DNA from: Candidatus Poribacteria bacterium
Lineage (GTDB): Bacteria > Poribacteria > WGA-4E > PCPOR2b
NCBI GenBank assembly: GCA_965116925.1
Contig: OZ220744.1
Coordinates: 640,001-704,000 of the forward strand
Direction: 5' to 3'
Length of the DNA stretch: 64,000 nt
Part shown: one piece after another, positions 30,849 to 40,882 of the stretch
Numbering within the stretch: position 1 is the stretch's first letter
Layout: each line of letters begins with the position of its first letter
The notes under the pieces: generated by a model
The model's input: the letters and a program-made list of their open reading frames with translations, nothing else
Databases searched by the model: none
What the model was told of the DNA's origin: nothing
Program-made: the position numbers and the translations under genes

Positions 30849-31586
30849 ATGCCATCCATTGATGAACTCGACTTCAAACTTCGCATCTTCATGAAACTCT
30901 ATCGCTATCGACGTTACGACACAACGCCGCACACCCCGCTGCAACGCCCACTAACGGAATGCCGAGTTGCTTTAGTCACCACCGCCGGTTTACATACAGC
31001 GTCTCAAGAACCGTTTGATGATCATTTCATGGCTGGCGATTATTCCTATCGTGAAATCCCCAACACCGTTGATGTGCAAGCGTTGAAGAGTGCACACAGC
31101 AGCACTGTATACGATCAGACCGCCAGTTTTGCGGATCGGAATCTGGTGTTTCCACTGGATCGCTTTCGTGAGCTAGAGCGGTCGGGCAAAATCGGGGAGC
31201 TCAACGACCGGCATTTCAGCTTTATGGGATCGCAGCCCGCCCCGGGACGTTTAATCAAGCGCACAGCTCCGGAGGTTGGGCAGCACCTTAAAGCGGATGA
31301 CGTTGATGTCGCTTTTCTGACTCCCGTCTGACCGCTGTGCAACCAGTCCGTTGGACTGATCCAACGTGCCATTGAGGAGGTGGGTATTTCAACCGTTTCG
31401 ATTACTTTGGTTCGGAGCATCACCGAGAAGGTCAAACCACCGCGCGCTCTTGTTGTGCCGTATGACTTCGGTTACCCACTGGGCGAGCCGAACAACCCCG
31501 CGCTGCATCACAAAATCATCTCAGCTGCGCTTGCTCTCTTACAGGATAACCAACCGCTTCCCCTCCTTGAGACGCTCATCCCTTAG
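30849..31586 (+). CDS. Selenoprotein of the glycine/betaine/sarcosine/D-proline reductase B (GrdB/PrdB-like) family; TGA 31329-31331 read as Sec
   Basis: VALVTTAG, D.N.VFP.DR; frame continues after the TGA as U-P-L-C-N-Q-S-V-G-L-I-Q-R-A-I-E-E-V-G-I-S-T-V...PPRAL...G.PLG; hairpin just downstream of the TGA. Confidence 0.85.
31344..31366 (+). promoter_or_regulatory. Candidate bacterial SECIS hairpin
   Basis: CAGTCC-GTT-GGACTG (31344-31358), or alternatively CGTTGGA-CTGA-TCCAACG (31349-31366); begins 12 nt after the UGA. Confidence 0.6.
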
Positions 31587-31639
31587 TCGCTTTGACGGAT
31601 TCGCTATGAATGAGTTGAAGGGAATCTCCTCCGAGTGCC

Positions 31640-33988
31640 CTACTTCAGTATAATCATTTTCTTCGCTGCCGAGTAACTCCCCGCCTGCAAGTGGTAGAAG
31701 TACGTACCACTGGACACCCATTCTCCGGTATCACTCCGTCCCTCCCAATATGCTGCTTTTTCTTGGGTGAGGTATAACCCCGGTGGCTGAGCCCCTAGCT
31801 TAAGCGTCCGCACCCGTTGTCCTTCACTATTGTAGATGGTGATGTTGACAGCCGTTTCTGTTGATAGTTGATAGGGTATCCAAGTTTCAGGGTTGAAGGG
31901 GTTGGGATAATTCTGTAGTAAACGGGTCTGTTTCACATAGCCTAACGAGGTCAACAACTTCCCTTTGGGTTCGACTGCCAATGGATCGGTGTAGGTAAAC
32001 CCACCTATAAGTGTAACTTCCTCTCCGTTGGTGTTCCTTAGGACAACATCCTTCCTACCATGGGTCGTTACCTCCGGTGTCCTGACTATCAGTTCTGTCA
32101 ATGACATGTCGGTGATAGCTGAGACAATTACGCCGCCAATAGTGACCCTCGTACTCCAGTCGCCGACGCGAAACCCTGTTCCAACGATCGTAACTTGTGT
32201 TCCACCTTTCATCGGTCCCACATTAGGGGTAATACTGGTAATATTGAGAGGGGCGTTGTAGGTAAATGCACGTTGTTGCACGGCTTGTTGACCGTCGGGA
32301 TTGATCACACGAATCTCTTTGTGTCCAAAGGGCAATGGCAACATCTTTAAGCGAATTTCGGTTGGTGAGAGACTGTCCAACTGTTCGACCTGTATCCCGC
32401 CAATGAAGACAACGCTTCCGGCGTGGAAGTTATTTCCGCTGATAACTAGCTCTGTGCCGCCGTCGATAGGTCCCTCGATGGGATAAATCTCGCGAATGAT
32501 CGGAGGAGAGAATGGATCGTAGGTATACCCTTCCTCTAAAATCCGCTCCCTTCCATCCGGGTTGGTTACGGTGACATCTACTGTGCCAGCCGTGCCGGAC
32601 GGAATTGTGAAATGAATCAGCGTCGGTGCGACGACAACATCGCTTGCTGGATTATCCCCGATTCTGACCACCACGCCAGGGACGAAAGAACTGCCGGTTA
32701 CAATACCTGTCTCTCCTCCCATCGGAGATCCATGGGCTGGGGTCATTGTTAGAGGTATTGATGGGGTGTTCGTATAAAGGAATTTTTGCCTTTCAATGAT
32801 TAAGGCACCACTATCTGGAATACGAAGCTCAATATCTGTTTCACCGATGACTCCCGGTGGTGTGAGACCCGTTATCAGCGTATTAGTCACCTCTAGGTCA
32901 GCCACTAACTTTCCGCCAATAGTAACTGTTGTCCCAGATGGAAAATCTCTGCCAAAAATCGCGATAGGTTCGCCACCTTCGACGTTGCCCTCTTGAGGGG
33001 AGATTGCTTTGACTTTAGTCAAATAGTAAATACCGTTCTCCATCGTACCCGCATAGAGCCCCGATCCATGGGATAAGAGGGAATAAACAGAACGTCCTTC
33101 TAGACCAGTAGGCGCCCAAGTTCCTGATTGTAAATCAAAGACGTAAACACCGTGTGTCTGCAATCCGGCGTATAATCGACCACCGTGAACAACAAATGTT
33201 GAAACGTACGGTGGATCATTTGGTCCATGCCGGTTGCCGATTGGAAGTCCAGTCATTGGGTATTCCCAATCTTGTGTAGTGTCGTTCCATACTCCGACAC
33301 CTGCTTGACCGGCAACGTACAGCCGCCCATTAAGCACCGCCCAATCATTTACACGACCATAATCAAAACGGCCGAGCTCTTCCCATGTCTTGCCACTGTC
33401 GGGTGAGCGAAGCATAGAACCAATTGATATTGCACTCCAAAGATAGCCATCAAACTCTGTCATTGAGTAGATACTGTTACCCTGCAACCACTCCTTTGAG
33501 ATGTCATGCCACGTCTCTCCACGGTCTGTTGATGTATAGGTGCCATTATGGTACATTATATTGATGATAGTGTTATCAGTGATAAGGATATGACGGACCT
33601 CACCGTAATAGCGTGTGCCGTCTTGAAACTCATGGACGCGCAATCCATTCCGAATCGGTTTCCAAGTCAGCCCAGCATCGTCGGACCGAAACACACCCTT
33701 GCCCCAAGTTCCTACATAAACGAGTTCTCCATTGACTGTCAGTGTGCTGACTGGATCGTTGAATGAAGTCGGAGACCAACTATTTCCTCCATCCTCAGAA
33801 ACAAAGACACCGTTGTCGCTCCCGGCGTAGAGTCGGAAGCCGTGGGCTGCAAGCGATGTAACGCTTTCCATTGCTACCCCATCGTCGAGCTGTATCCAGT
33901 TGTTCACTCCCCACGCGGATTTCAAATCCACACCCATTCCCACAACAATCACTGCAACAGCGGCTTTGATTAAACGTCGAGTTTGCAT
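31640..33988 (-). CDS. Secreted protein: BNR beta-propeller, four IPT/TIG domains and a C-terminal FlgD-Ig/T9SS-A-like domain
   Basis: Signal peptide from ATG 33988 (SD GGAGG); S.D.G.TW repeats; 'P..G...GG....I.G..F' x4; LLQNYPNPFNPETWIPYQL. Confidence 0.85.
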   Translation of the reverse strand: MQTRRLIKAAVAVIVVGMGVDLKSAWGVNNWIQLDDGVAMESVTSLAAHGFRLYAGSDNGVFVSEDGGNSWSPTSFNDPVSTLTVNGELVYVGTWGKGVFRSDDAGLTWKPIRNGLRVHEFQDGTRYYGEVRHILITDNTIINIMYHNGTYTSTDRGETWHDISKEWLQGNSIYSMTEFDGYLWSAISIGSMLRSPDSGKTWEELGRFDYGRVNDWAVLNGRLYVAGQAGVGVWNDTTQDWEYPMTGLPIGNRHGPNDPPYVSTFVVHGGRLYAGLQTHGVYVFDLQSGTWAPTGLEGRSVYSLLSHGSGLYAGTMENGIYYLTKVKAISPQEGNVEGGEPIAIFGRDFPSGTTVTIGGKLVADLEVTNTLITGLTPPGVIGETDIELRIPDSGALIIERQKFLYTNTPSIPLTMTPAHGSPMGGETGIVTGSSFVPGVVVRIGDNPASDVVVAPTLIHFTIPSGTAGTVDVTVTNPDGRERILEEGYTYDPFSPPIIREIYPIEGPIDGGTELVISGNNFHAGSVVFIGGIQVEQLDSLSPTEIRLKMLPLPFGHKEIRVINPDGQQAVQQRAFTYNAPLNITSITPNVGPMKGGTQVTIVGTGFRVGDWSTRVTIGGVIVSAITDMSLTELIVRTPEVTTHGRKDVVLRNTNGEEVTLIGGFTYTDPLAVEPKGKLLTSLGYVKQTRLLQNYPNPFNPETWIPYQLSTETAVNITIYNSEGQRVRTLKLGAQPPGLYLTQEKAAYWEGRSDTGEWVSSGTYFYHLQAGSYSAAKKMIILK

Positions 33989-34320
33989 CGTTTCCCTCCG
34001 TGTTTTTTGCGAAAAGTAATTTCCATTGCTGTGACGGAGGGCAATTTTCATGCCGAATAACGATGCCCGTATAATCTGTGGCAGCGCACGAACCTTACAA
34101 GTGAGTGTGCTGATAGTGAACGGTGGTGTTCGTTTTTTGCACGATAACGGGCATTTCATTGTAACGCAGAAAGCAAACGGGTAAAGCAAAAACCTTAATA
34201 CCTTTGTCCCTTCCTCAAAGTTGTTGACAAAGAGAGAGGCAAGATGTTATTATTGCCAACATGTAACCTATCTTGATACAATTGATACATCCCCAAACAG
34301 TGCGATTCAGAGGAATGTAA

Positions 34321-36699
34321 GTGAACCACTTAAAATTTTTCCTAGCCCTGTCATTGACCGTTGGAATTCTGACTGTCACATCTGTATCCGTTGATGCACG
34401 CCCACCCGATCCGGGATTGTTTGATGCTATTCGATCCGCCCGAAAATATATCAATCCCAAGTCGCATTATGCCCCCAGCGAAATTGAGAAGTGTTTTACG
34501 GACACCTTCAATATCCTTGCTCAAAATTGGGATCGCCTGCCAGCGGTCTATCAGCGTGAGTTTCAGGGGATTTTCCTTCGACCAGGGCAGCCGGGCAGCC
34601 CCTACAGTTCCGTCAATCTGCCAAAGAAGTTTGACACCCCCCACTTTCGATTCCACTATACCACCGTCGGTCCCCACGCGCCACCACTCGAAGATGTGAA
34701 TCCAATGAACGGTGTACCAGATTACGTTGATATTTGTGCCGAAGCACATGAACGGTCTCTCCACATTGAGGTCAACCTGATGGGCTTTAAAAAGCCCTTT
34801 GATGATTTTTGGGATGCGTACAACGGCGGCAATCATAAATATGATGTGTACCTGTTTCAGTTCCCCGCGCTCGGTTTTACAACAACGAATTGGTTCAATG
34901 GACGGGTACGACCGACGGTCGTGACTTTCGGTCCCTATTTTGCAATAAATTCCCGCCTGTATGACTATTTCGGCAAGCTAGAGGGCATCCGCTTCATCGA
35001 AACGACGACTGCCCATGAATTCATGCACGGGATTCACTTCGCCTACAATGCACGGATGCCGGGCTGGTTCATGGAAGCTTCAGCAACATGGATTGAGTCG
35101 AAGGTATACGATGGCGGACGGGTTGACGATCTCGACGATATTCCAGACCCCGATGAGATTGGTGAAACCGATGCTTACGACTACTATCCTAGACAGCTTG
35201 GCATCTTTTTGGATCAGCCTGACATTGCGCTTGACAGCCGCGTCGGTTTGCACGAATACGCAGCGGTGATCTGGGTGTTTTACATGGCGGAGCGATTCGA
35301 TGTCGATATTGTCCGCCAGATCTATGAGGATGCAACAACCGGTTCTTACCGTGAATTCGGTAACTTTGTGGAGGTCTTTACCAATCATGGTACAACGCTA
35401 GTTGAAGCGTTTAAGACATTTACCGAGTGGAACTACTTCACACATAACCGTGATGATGGAAAGCACTATCTCAATGGACACCGTTTCCCGCCGGTCGTTA
35501 TTCACCCGCACGATGTGCACAACACCTACCCTGTCCGCGTTGATTGGGATTCAGAGGCGATGCCGGAACCCTTCTCGTCACGCTATATTGTTTTTGAACC
35601 GCCTCCCGGTGTTGTGATGAACGAATTCGCGATTAAGGTCGATGGTGCCGACATCGCTCCAATTGACATCAGTTCGCTCAACGTGACGGACCGAGCTGCA
35701 ATTCAGAACGAATTGGATCGGCTCGATGTTTGGGGCTTGCGAGGCTGGGGCGCAAAGTTTATCGTTGAAAAACGGGATGGGACCCACGAAGTCCGAGAGG
35801 CATTTACCTACCAACGTTCTCAAGAAGGGCAGATTACATTCAAAGATTTCGGGGGTTATATTAAGAAAATTACACTCATCCTGATTAATCTGCGTCCGGA
35901 TGTCGAGCAGGTGGTTATCCCCGGTGGGGACTTTGGGGGTGCTGTGAGTTATATGGCAGGTCGCCCGCCCGCTGGTGCCCTTTCGACACCTACTCTGTTG
36001 CAAGAAAGAGACACCAGCGTGCGTGTACAGTGGCAGCTCGAGGATTTGACGGATATTCATGAGCTAGTTATCGTCCGAAAGCGATATACGTCGTTGATTG
36101 AAACCGATGACTCGCAGCCATTCCAGACCGCTGCGGAGGTATTGAACGCCGCAGATCGGAATGATGATGGTATTCCCAACGATGACATTAACATTGTCGG
36201 ACGGGTCAACGCAACCGATACGCACTTTGAGGACACGACGATATTTCGGGATATTGATGTGGAGAACACCAGTTTCGATCCACTGGACACCCGCTACTTT
36301 TATGCTGTTGTGCCTGTCGATGCAATTGGCATCATGGGCACACCGAGCATTGACCCGAACGGTATTACTCCCATCTTTAACCCACTGGACATCCCTGCTG
36401 CCCCAATGCAGACTCGACTCCTCCAAAGTTACCCGAATCCATTCAATCCAGACGTTTGGATCCCTTACGAGTTAGGAGAAGATTCTTCGGTTTCAGTTGA
36501 AATCTACAATATTTCGGGGCAATTGGTACGAACATTGCACGTTGGTATGAAGAAGCGTGGACAGTATGTCAGTAAGGATAAAGCAATCCACTGGGATGGA
36601 CGTACCCAGTTGGGAGAGCGCGCTACCAGCGGCGTCTACTTCTATCTGCTGAAAGCTGGCGATTATGTCTCCATGCGAAAGATGGCGATTTTGAAATAG
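34321..36699 (+). CDS. Secreted zincin-like metalloprotease with C-terminal FlgD-Ig/T9SS-A-like domain
   Basis: Signal peptide; NGVPDYVD, AHEFMHGIH, W.MEASATW.E; LLQSYPNPFNPDVWIPY. Confidence 0.78.
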   Translation: MNHLKFFLALSLTVGILTVTSVSVDARPPDPGLFDAIRSARKYINPKSHYAPSEIEKCFTDTFNILAQNWDRLPAVYQREFQGIFLRPGQPGSPYSSVNLPKKFDTPHFRFHYTTVGPHAPPLEDVNPMNGVPDYVDICAEAHERSLHIEVNLMGFKKPFDDFWDAYNGGNHKYDVYLFQFPALGFTTTNWFNGRVRPTVVTFGPYFAINSRLYDYFGKLEGIRFIETTTAHEFMHGIHFAYNARMPGWFMEASATWIESKVYDGGRVDDLDDIPDPDEIGETDAYDYYPRQLGIFLDQPDIALDSRVGLHEYAAVIWVFYMAERFDVDIVRQIYEDATTGSYREFGNFVEVFTNHGTTLVEAFKTFTEWNYFTHNRDDGKHYLNGHRFPPVVIHPHDVHNTYPVRVDWDSEAMPEPFSSRYIVFEPPPGVVMNEFAIKVDGADIAPIDISSLNVTDRAAIQNELDRLDVWGLRGWGAKFIVEKRDGTHEVREAFTYQRSQEGQITFKDFGGYIKKITLILINLRPDVEQVVIPGGDFGGAVSYMAGRPPAGALSTPTLLQERDTSVRVQWQLEDLTDIHELVIVRKRYTSLIETDDSQPFQTAAEVLNAADRNDDGIPNDDINIVGRVNATDTHFEDTTIFRDIDVENTSFDPLDTRYFYAVVPVDAIGIMGTPSIDPNGITPIFNPLDIPAAPMQTRLLQSYPNPFNPDVWIPYELGEDSSVSVEIYNISGQLVRTLHVGMKKRGQYVSKDKAIHWDGRTQLGERATSGVYFYLLKAGDYVSMRKMAILK

Positions 36700-36738
36700 A
36701 GACATAAAACGTTATTCCGTTCCTTCACGCTAGGGAGT

Positions 36739-37734
36739 GTGTTTAAGGTGATAAAAAATACAATTATTATATCTATTTTCTCTTTTCTGCTATTTTCTAT
36801 CCTCAGTTGTGGTGAGGAGGGTTTGATCGACCCACACGGCGAAGTAGAGTTTTCGCCCGCTTTCGGTGCGGGATTTCAAGCCTCTGATTTCCCCACAAAC
36901 AACGGATCCGCTTGGACCTACCTTAATGTGGGAGACGGGTTGTATAGCCCTGGGCAAGGAGAAGCTATCTCGGAACTACTAGAGGAAACGTTTACAATTA
37001 GAATTGAAAGTACACGAGATATTAGTGGGTTCACCCACCGTCAGGCGACCGTCAGCGAAGTCAGAGCAATTGTTCTCGCTGAACGTACCTCTTTCAATCA
37101 GCGTGGAGAGGAGGAAAGAGTTGTCCAACAGGAGGAGAGAATTTTCCGAGCAGCGGTAGATCATCTTTCTGCAAACGCGCTCTATTTTCGCTTTGACTCC
37201 GATTTCTTGGATGCCGATTTGCCGTTATTTGCAACCTATTTCTCAAGCACACCGCAAGCCTATATCGAATCAGCGTTCGATGTATACGTTTTCTTTCTTG
37301 ATAACCCTGTGCTACACCAGAAACATTTCCCGCCTCGCCTTCTCTGGGATTTTCCCTTGCAGATCGGAAAAGAGTGGACCGTCTTTGAAACCAAAACGTC
37401 ACCAGTACTTCGGGTGGTCCGCCGTGTTATTGATGCACACGCCTCGGTAACAGTGCCCGCAGGAAACTACAATAATGCTTACTTGGTTGAAGAGGAAATT
37501 ATCGGTTTACCGCAACTGCCAGCGTTAAAATTATCTGACGATTTCCAGACACTGGAGGTCGCCGACTACGAGCCCGCGAAATATTGGGTGGTGCCGAATA
37601 TCGGCGTTGTTAAATATCAATATTCTTATACATTAACCGAAACGGAGTTACCGAATGGAGCAGTCGTCAATATAATCGGTTATGGGGATTTTGAGTTAAG
37701 TCAGTTTGAACTCCCCGACGACCACTCACGTTAG
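36739..37734 (+). CDS. Hypothetical lipoprotein
   Basis: Lipobox ILSC; 'FP...G..WTY', 'VTVPAG.Y', 'W..P.IG.VK' motifs. Confidence 0.7.
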   Translation: MFKVIKNTIIISIFSFLLFSILSCGEEGLIDPHGEVEFSPAFGAGFQASDFPTNNGSAWTYLNVGDGLYSPGQGEAISELLEETFTIRIESTRDISGFTHRQATVSEVRAIVLAERTSFNQRGEEERVVQQEERIFRAAVDHLSANALYFRFDSDFLDADLPLFATYFSSTPQAYIESAFDVYVFFLDNPVLHQKHFPPRLLWDFPLQIGKEWTVFETKTSPVLRVVRRVIDAHASVTVPAGNYNNAYLVEEEIIGLPQLPALKLSDDFQTLEVADYEPAKYWVVPNIGVVKYQYSYTLTETELPNGAVVNIIGYGDFELSQFELPDDHSR

Positions 37735-37750
37735 TTTATATTTATCCATT

Positions 37751-38566
37751 ATGTCGCCATTACAATTCATTAAAAAGAAAATTAAGCAACTGTTCTATGC
37801 CCTTTATCAGAAACGGCTTGAGCGGGCTGCAAGTCAGTGGCAGATTCCTTATCATATCGGAATTATTTTGGATGGAAACCGTCGGTACGCAAAAACGGAA
37901 GGTTTTTTTGACGCTGCTAAACGGCAATACGGACACTCCGAAGGCGGAGATAAGCTAGAGGAGGTACTCCATTGGTGCGACGAATTGGGTGTCAAAATTG
38001 TCTCAATCTGGATCTGCTCTCTTGATAACTTTACCAATCGCAAAGAGGAGGAAGTGGCGGAAATCTTCAATGTCATTGAAACAAAGATGCGATCGCTGCT
38101 CACCATTGAAGGGCTCCACACCAATCAGATTAAGGTGCGCCCCATGGGCAAACTTGAGTTACTACCGCCGAGCCTCCAAGAAGCTATTCGTGATGTAGAG
38201 GAAGCGACAAAGAACTACGATAAATTTATCCTCAATGTTGCTGTGGCTTACGGTGGGCGCGAGGAAATCGTCGAAGCGTTCCGGCGTCACTTAAAATCGG
38301 AATTGGCAGAGGGTAAAGCGCCGGACGAAATATCAGCAGAACTGAGTGCGGATAAAATTACCACACATCTCTACACCTCCAATCTACCCGACCCAGATCT
38401 GATTATCCGCACCAGCGGCGAGATTCGGCTCAGTGGCTTCATGCTCTGGCAGAGTGCCTATTCGGAATACTACTTCTGCGATACCTATTGGCCCGGCTTC
38501 AGAAAGATCGACTTCCTCCGGGCAATCCGTGACTACAGCCATCGGGAACGGCGGTTCGGAAAGTAA
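37751..38566 (+). CDS. uppS: cis-Isoprenyl (undecaprenyl-diphosphate synthase family) transferase
   Basis: HIGIILDGNRRYA, YGGREEI, PDLIIRTSGE.RLSGF.LWQ. Confidence 0.85.
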   Translation: MSPLQFIKKKIKQLFYALYQKRLERAASQWQIPYHIGIILDGNRRYAKTEGFFDAAKRQYGHSEGGDKLEEVLHWCDELGVKIVSIWICSLDNFTNRKEEEVAEIFNVIETKMRSLLTIEGLHTNQIKVRPMGKLELLPPSLQEAIRDVEEATKNYDKFILNVAVAYGGREEIVEAFRRHLKSELAEGKAPDEISAELSADKITTHLYTSNLPDPDLIIRTSGEIRLSGFMLWQSAYSEYYFCDTYWPGFRKIDFLRAIRDYSHRERRFGK

Positions 38567-38692
38567 GATGCACGGCTAGAAAAAAGCCCCATCCAATCCA
38601 CAGCGCAAAAACGACAGAAACCGAGCTTTTCCTTGGAAACTCGGTTTCTCTTTGTGATTTGAGCTAACTCTTAACATGAGCCACTATGTTTT

Positions 38693-39012
38693 CTATACGC
38701 TAAGGGATTGGATAAACTCCAATTCCCCGGTGATGGGAGGACGTACATCAAAAGCCGGGTGACGGGTTAGGTTGCGCGGGTTACTTCCATCAGCGTCTAT
38801 CACATATACTTCAGCGTTCCCATCCCGGTAACTATGGAACGCAATTTGTTGTCCGTTGGGAGACCAAGTAGGCCATCTATCAGCTGCTTCATTGAATGTG
38901 AGCCGTATTTGGTTGTCACCATCGGAGTCCATCCTGTAGATTTTGAAATTTCCATCGCGTTTGGAATAAAACACGATTTTTGCATGAAGGGGGCTTGTGC
39001 GCTAACAGGATT
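38693..39012 (-). pseudogene. Truncated and frameshifted TolB-like (PD40 repeat) gene remnant
   Basis: 'KIVFYSKRDGN..IY.M..DG....RLT......P.WSP.G..IAF.S.RDGN.EVY'; upstream 'VSAQAP' is in another frame; no signal peptide; under two repeats. Confidence 0.7.
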
Positions 39013-39013
39013 A

Positions 39014-39532
39014 TTATTTTGATAAGAATTGATAGGGATCTATTCCCACAGATTGATAATCGACGATTCTGATTCCTGGTGGCGTTTCTCCATTATTGAG
39101 TTGATCCATGATCACACTACTATCATTCCCACCCCCTGTCAGGACATTGCTAGCATACCGATGTATGGTGCCATCCGGTTCTTGGTACTGTTCCCATTCG
39201 ATATAGGCGACATCTGGATAGAGCGGATAGAACGTTCCATTGTTAATAACCCCGCCGGTAAAATCGTGGTCCCCTTCACTCCATAACTTTACCATAACCA
39301 TACTTAATAGTTCCTGTTCTTCAAGCAGATCCTGTGGTATCTGGGCCCGTTCTGCTTCAGAGCGATGCCAAGGGACGTTATATGGATAATCATCGGGAAC
39401 TTGGGGATATGCGAAACCAGTAATAGACCTGTTCGCTTCCAACCCTAATATCGCACACCCCCATATCATGGACAAACTGGTAGTTACTATGCAGACGGTA
39501 AGAACGCCATGGAGATATTTCATATTTTTCAC
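39014..39532 (-). CDS. Lipoprotein, paralogue A of an uncharacterised tandem family
   Basis: Lipobox IWGC; shared 'YP.VPD.YP...W' and 'LW..GDHDF.G' domain. Confidence 0.75.
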   Translation of the reverse strand: MKNMKYLHGVLTVCIVTTSLSMIWGCAILGLEANRSITGFAYPQVPDDYPYNVPWHRSEAERAQIPQDLLEEQELLSMVMVKLWSEGDHDFTGGVINNGTFYPLYPDVAYIEWEQYQEPDGTIHRYASNVLTGGGNDSSVIMDQLNNGETPPGIRIVDYQSVGIDPYQFLSK

Positions 39533-39537
39533 CTTTC

Positions 39538-40062
39538 TTATTTTGACAGGAACTCATTAATATCTATACCCACATCTTCAACATCAACAATTATTATCCC
39601 CTCCGGGCTTTCCCCACTGTTGAGTTGGTCAATAATCACATCACTCCGAAGCGAACCAGAGACAATTACTCTGCTAGCATACCGATAGATTGTGCCGTCC
39701 GGCTTTTCATGCGCGTTCCAGTAGACATAGGCAACACCGGGATATTGAGGAAAGAATATCCCATTCCCAAGATGTGCACCAACAAAATCATGATCGCCAT
39801 TCTTCCATAGTTTAATCTGCGCCCGATCCAACAATACCATATTTTCAAAAATATCTTGAGGTATTTGCAATTTTTCTTCTTCAGGCAGTAGCCAAGCTAC
39901 TGGGAATGGATAGTCATCAGGCACTTCGGGATACTCAATAGGGTTGCTATCAATACCCAATTCAATATCGTCCCCCACTACCGCACAGCCCCATATCATG
40001 AACAAACCGATGGTTACTATGCAGACGGTAAGAACGCCATGGAGATATTTCATATTTTTCAC
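39538..40062 (-). CDS. Lipoprotein, paralogue B
   Basis: First 17 aa identical to A; same domain, more diverged. Confidence 0.75.
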   Translation of the reverse strand: MKNMKYLHGVLTVCIVTIGLFMIWGCAVVGDDIELGIDSNPIEYPEVPDDYPFPVAWLLPEEEKLQIPQDIFENMVLLDRAQIKLWKNGDHDFVGAHLGNGIFFPQYPGVAYVYWNAHEKPDGTIYRYASRVIVSGSLRSDVIIDQLNSGESPEGIIIVDVEDVGIDINEFLSK

Positions 40063-40070
40063 CCTTTCAT

Positions 40071-40754
40071 CTAATTGATATCGACGATTCTGATTCCTGG
40101 TGGTGTTTCTCCATTATTGAGTTGGTCCATGATCGCACTACTATCATTCCCACCCCCTGTCAGGACACCGCTAACATACCAATATGATGTGCCATCCGGT
40201 TCTTGGTACTGTTCCCATTCGACATAGGCGACATCTGGATAGAGCGGATAGAACGTTCCATTGTTAATAACTCCGCCGGTAAAATCATGGTCGCCTTTAT
40301 TCCATAGATTAATCATAGCGATACTTAAGCGTTCCTGTTCTTCAAGCTGATCTTGTGGTATCTGCGCCCGTTCTGCCTTAGAGCGCAGCCAAATTGGGGT
40401 AAATGGATAGCCATCCGGCACCGGCGGATACTTGCTGGTTTTCTCCTCTGCCTCCACAAGCAGTTCGGGGATCGTAGCATCTGTTGACAAAGAATCGAAG
40501 TCCTCCGAATCCCATTCATCCTCATCCCATTCATCGTCTGTCACGACGATTTCGCTAGAAGTCTCTGGATTACTCTCCGACGATCTGTTAGGCATTTTAG
40601 AAACGGCTGGTTTTCGTCGAAATACGATATCAGACTCCTCAATCAGCTCAGGTTCAGGATGTTGGTGTAACTGATGGAATGATACAATACTGTAGGTCAA
40701 CGCGATTAAGAAAATCATCAAACTAACAAGCAAGAAACATTTTGTCCAAGCCAT
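40071..40754 (-). CDS. Membrane-anchored paralogue C with acidic linker
   Basis: N-terminal TM, DDEWDEDEWDSED linker, C-domain nearly identical to A. Confidence 0.75.
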   Translation of the reverse strand: MAWTKCFLLVSLMIFLIALTYSIVSFHQLHQHPEPELIEESDIVFRRKPAVSKMPNRSSESNPETSSEIVVTDDEWDEDEWDSEDFDSLSTDATIPELLVEAEEKTSKYPPVPDGYPFTPIWLRSKAERAQIPQDQLEEQERLSIAMINLWNKGDHDFTGGVINNGTFYPLYPDVAYVEWEQYQEPDGTSYWYVSGVLTGGGNDSSAIMDQLNNGETPPGIRIVDIN

Positions 40755-40825
40755 AGCGGTCTTCCTTTTCAAGTGTTACGAGTATTGTGAAACACGCTAA
40801 AGTACCCAAATCGAAATAACAACAA

Positions 40826-40851
40826 GCCCCGGACAAACGACCGTCCGGGGC
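40826..40851 (-). terminator. Rho-independent terminator/attenuator after the small secreted protein gene
   Basis: GCCCCGGAC-N8-GTCCGGGGC followed on the minus strand by TTGTTGTTATTT. Confidence 0.7.
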
Positions 40852-40882
40852 AAACATTTGTGAGGTTTTAGAGTCTAACCTA

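Noticed and set aside
30849..31586. Nonsense pseudogene or two separate genes
   Set aside because: The stop is a TGA exactly at the family's UxxC position, is followed by a hairpin, and the frame is otherwise intact.
39014..40385. Diversity-generating retroelement TR/VR pair
   Set aside because: Mismatches between paralogues are not adenine-specific, both copies are coding, and there is no reverse transcriptase in the window.
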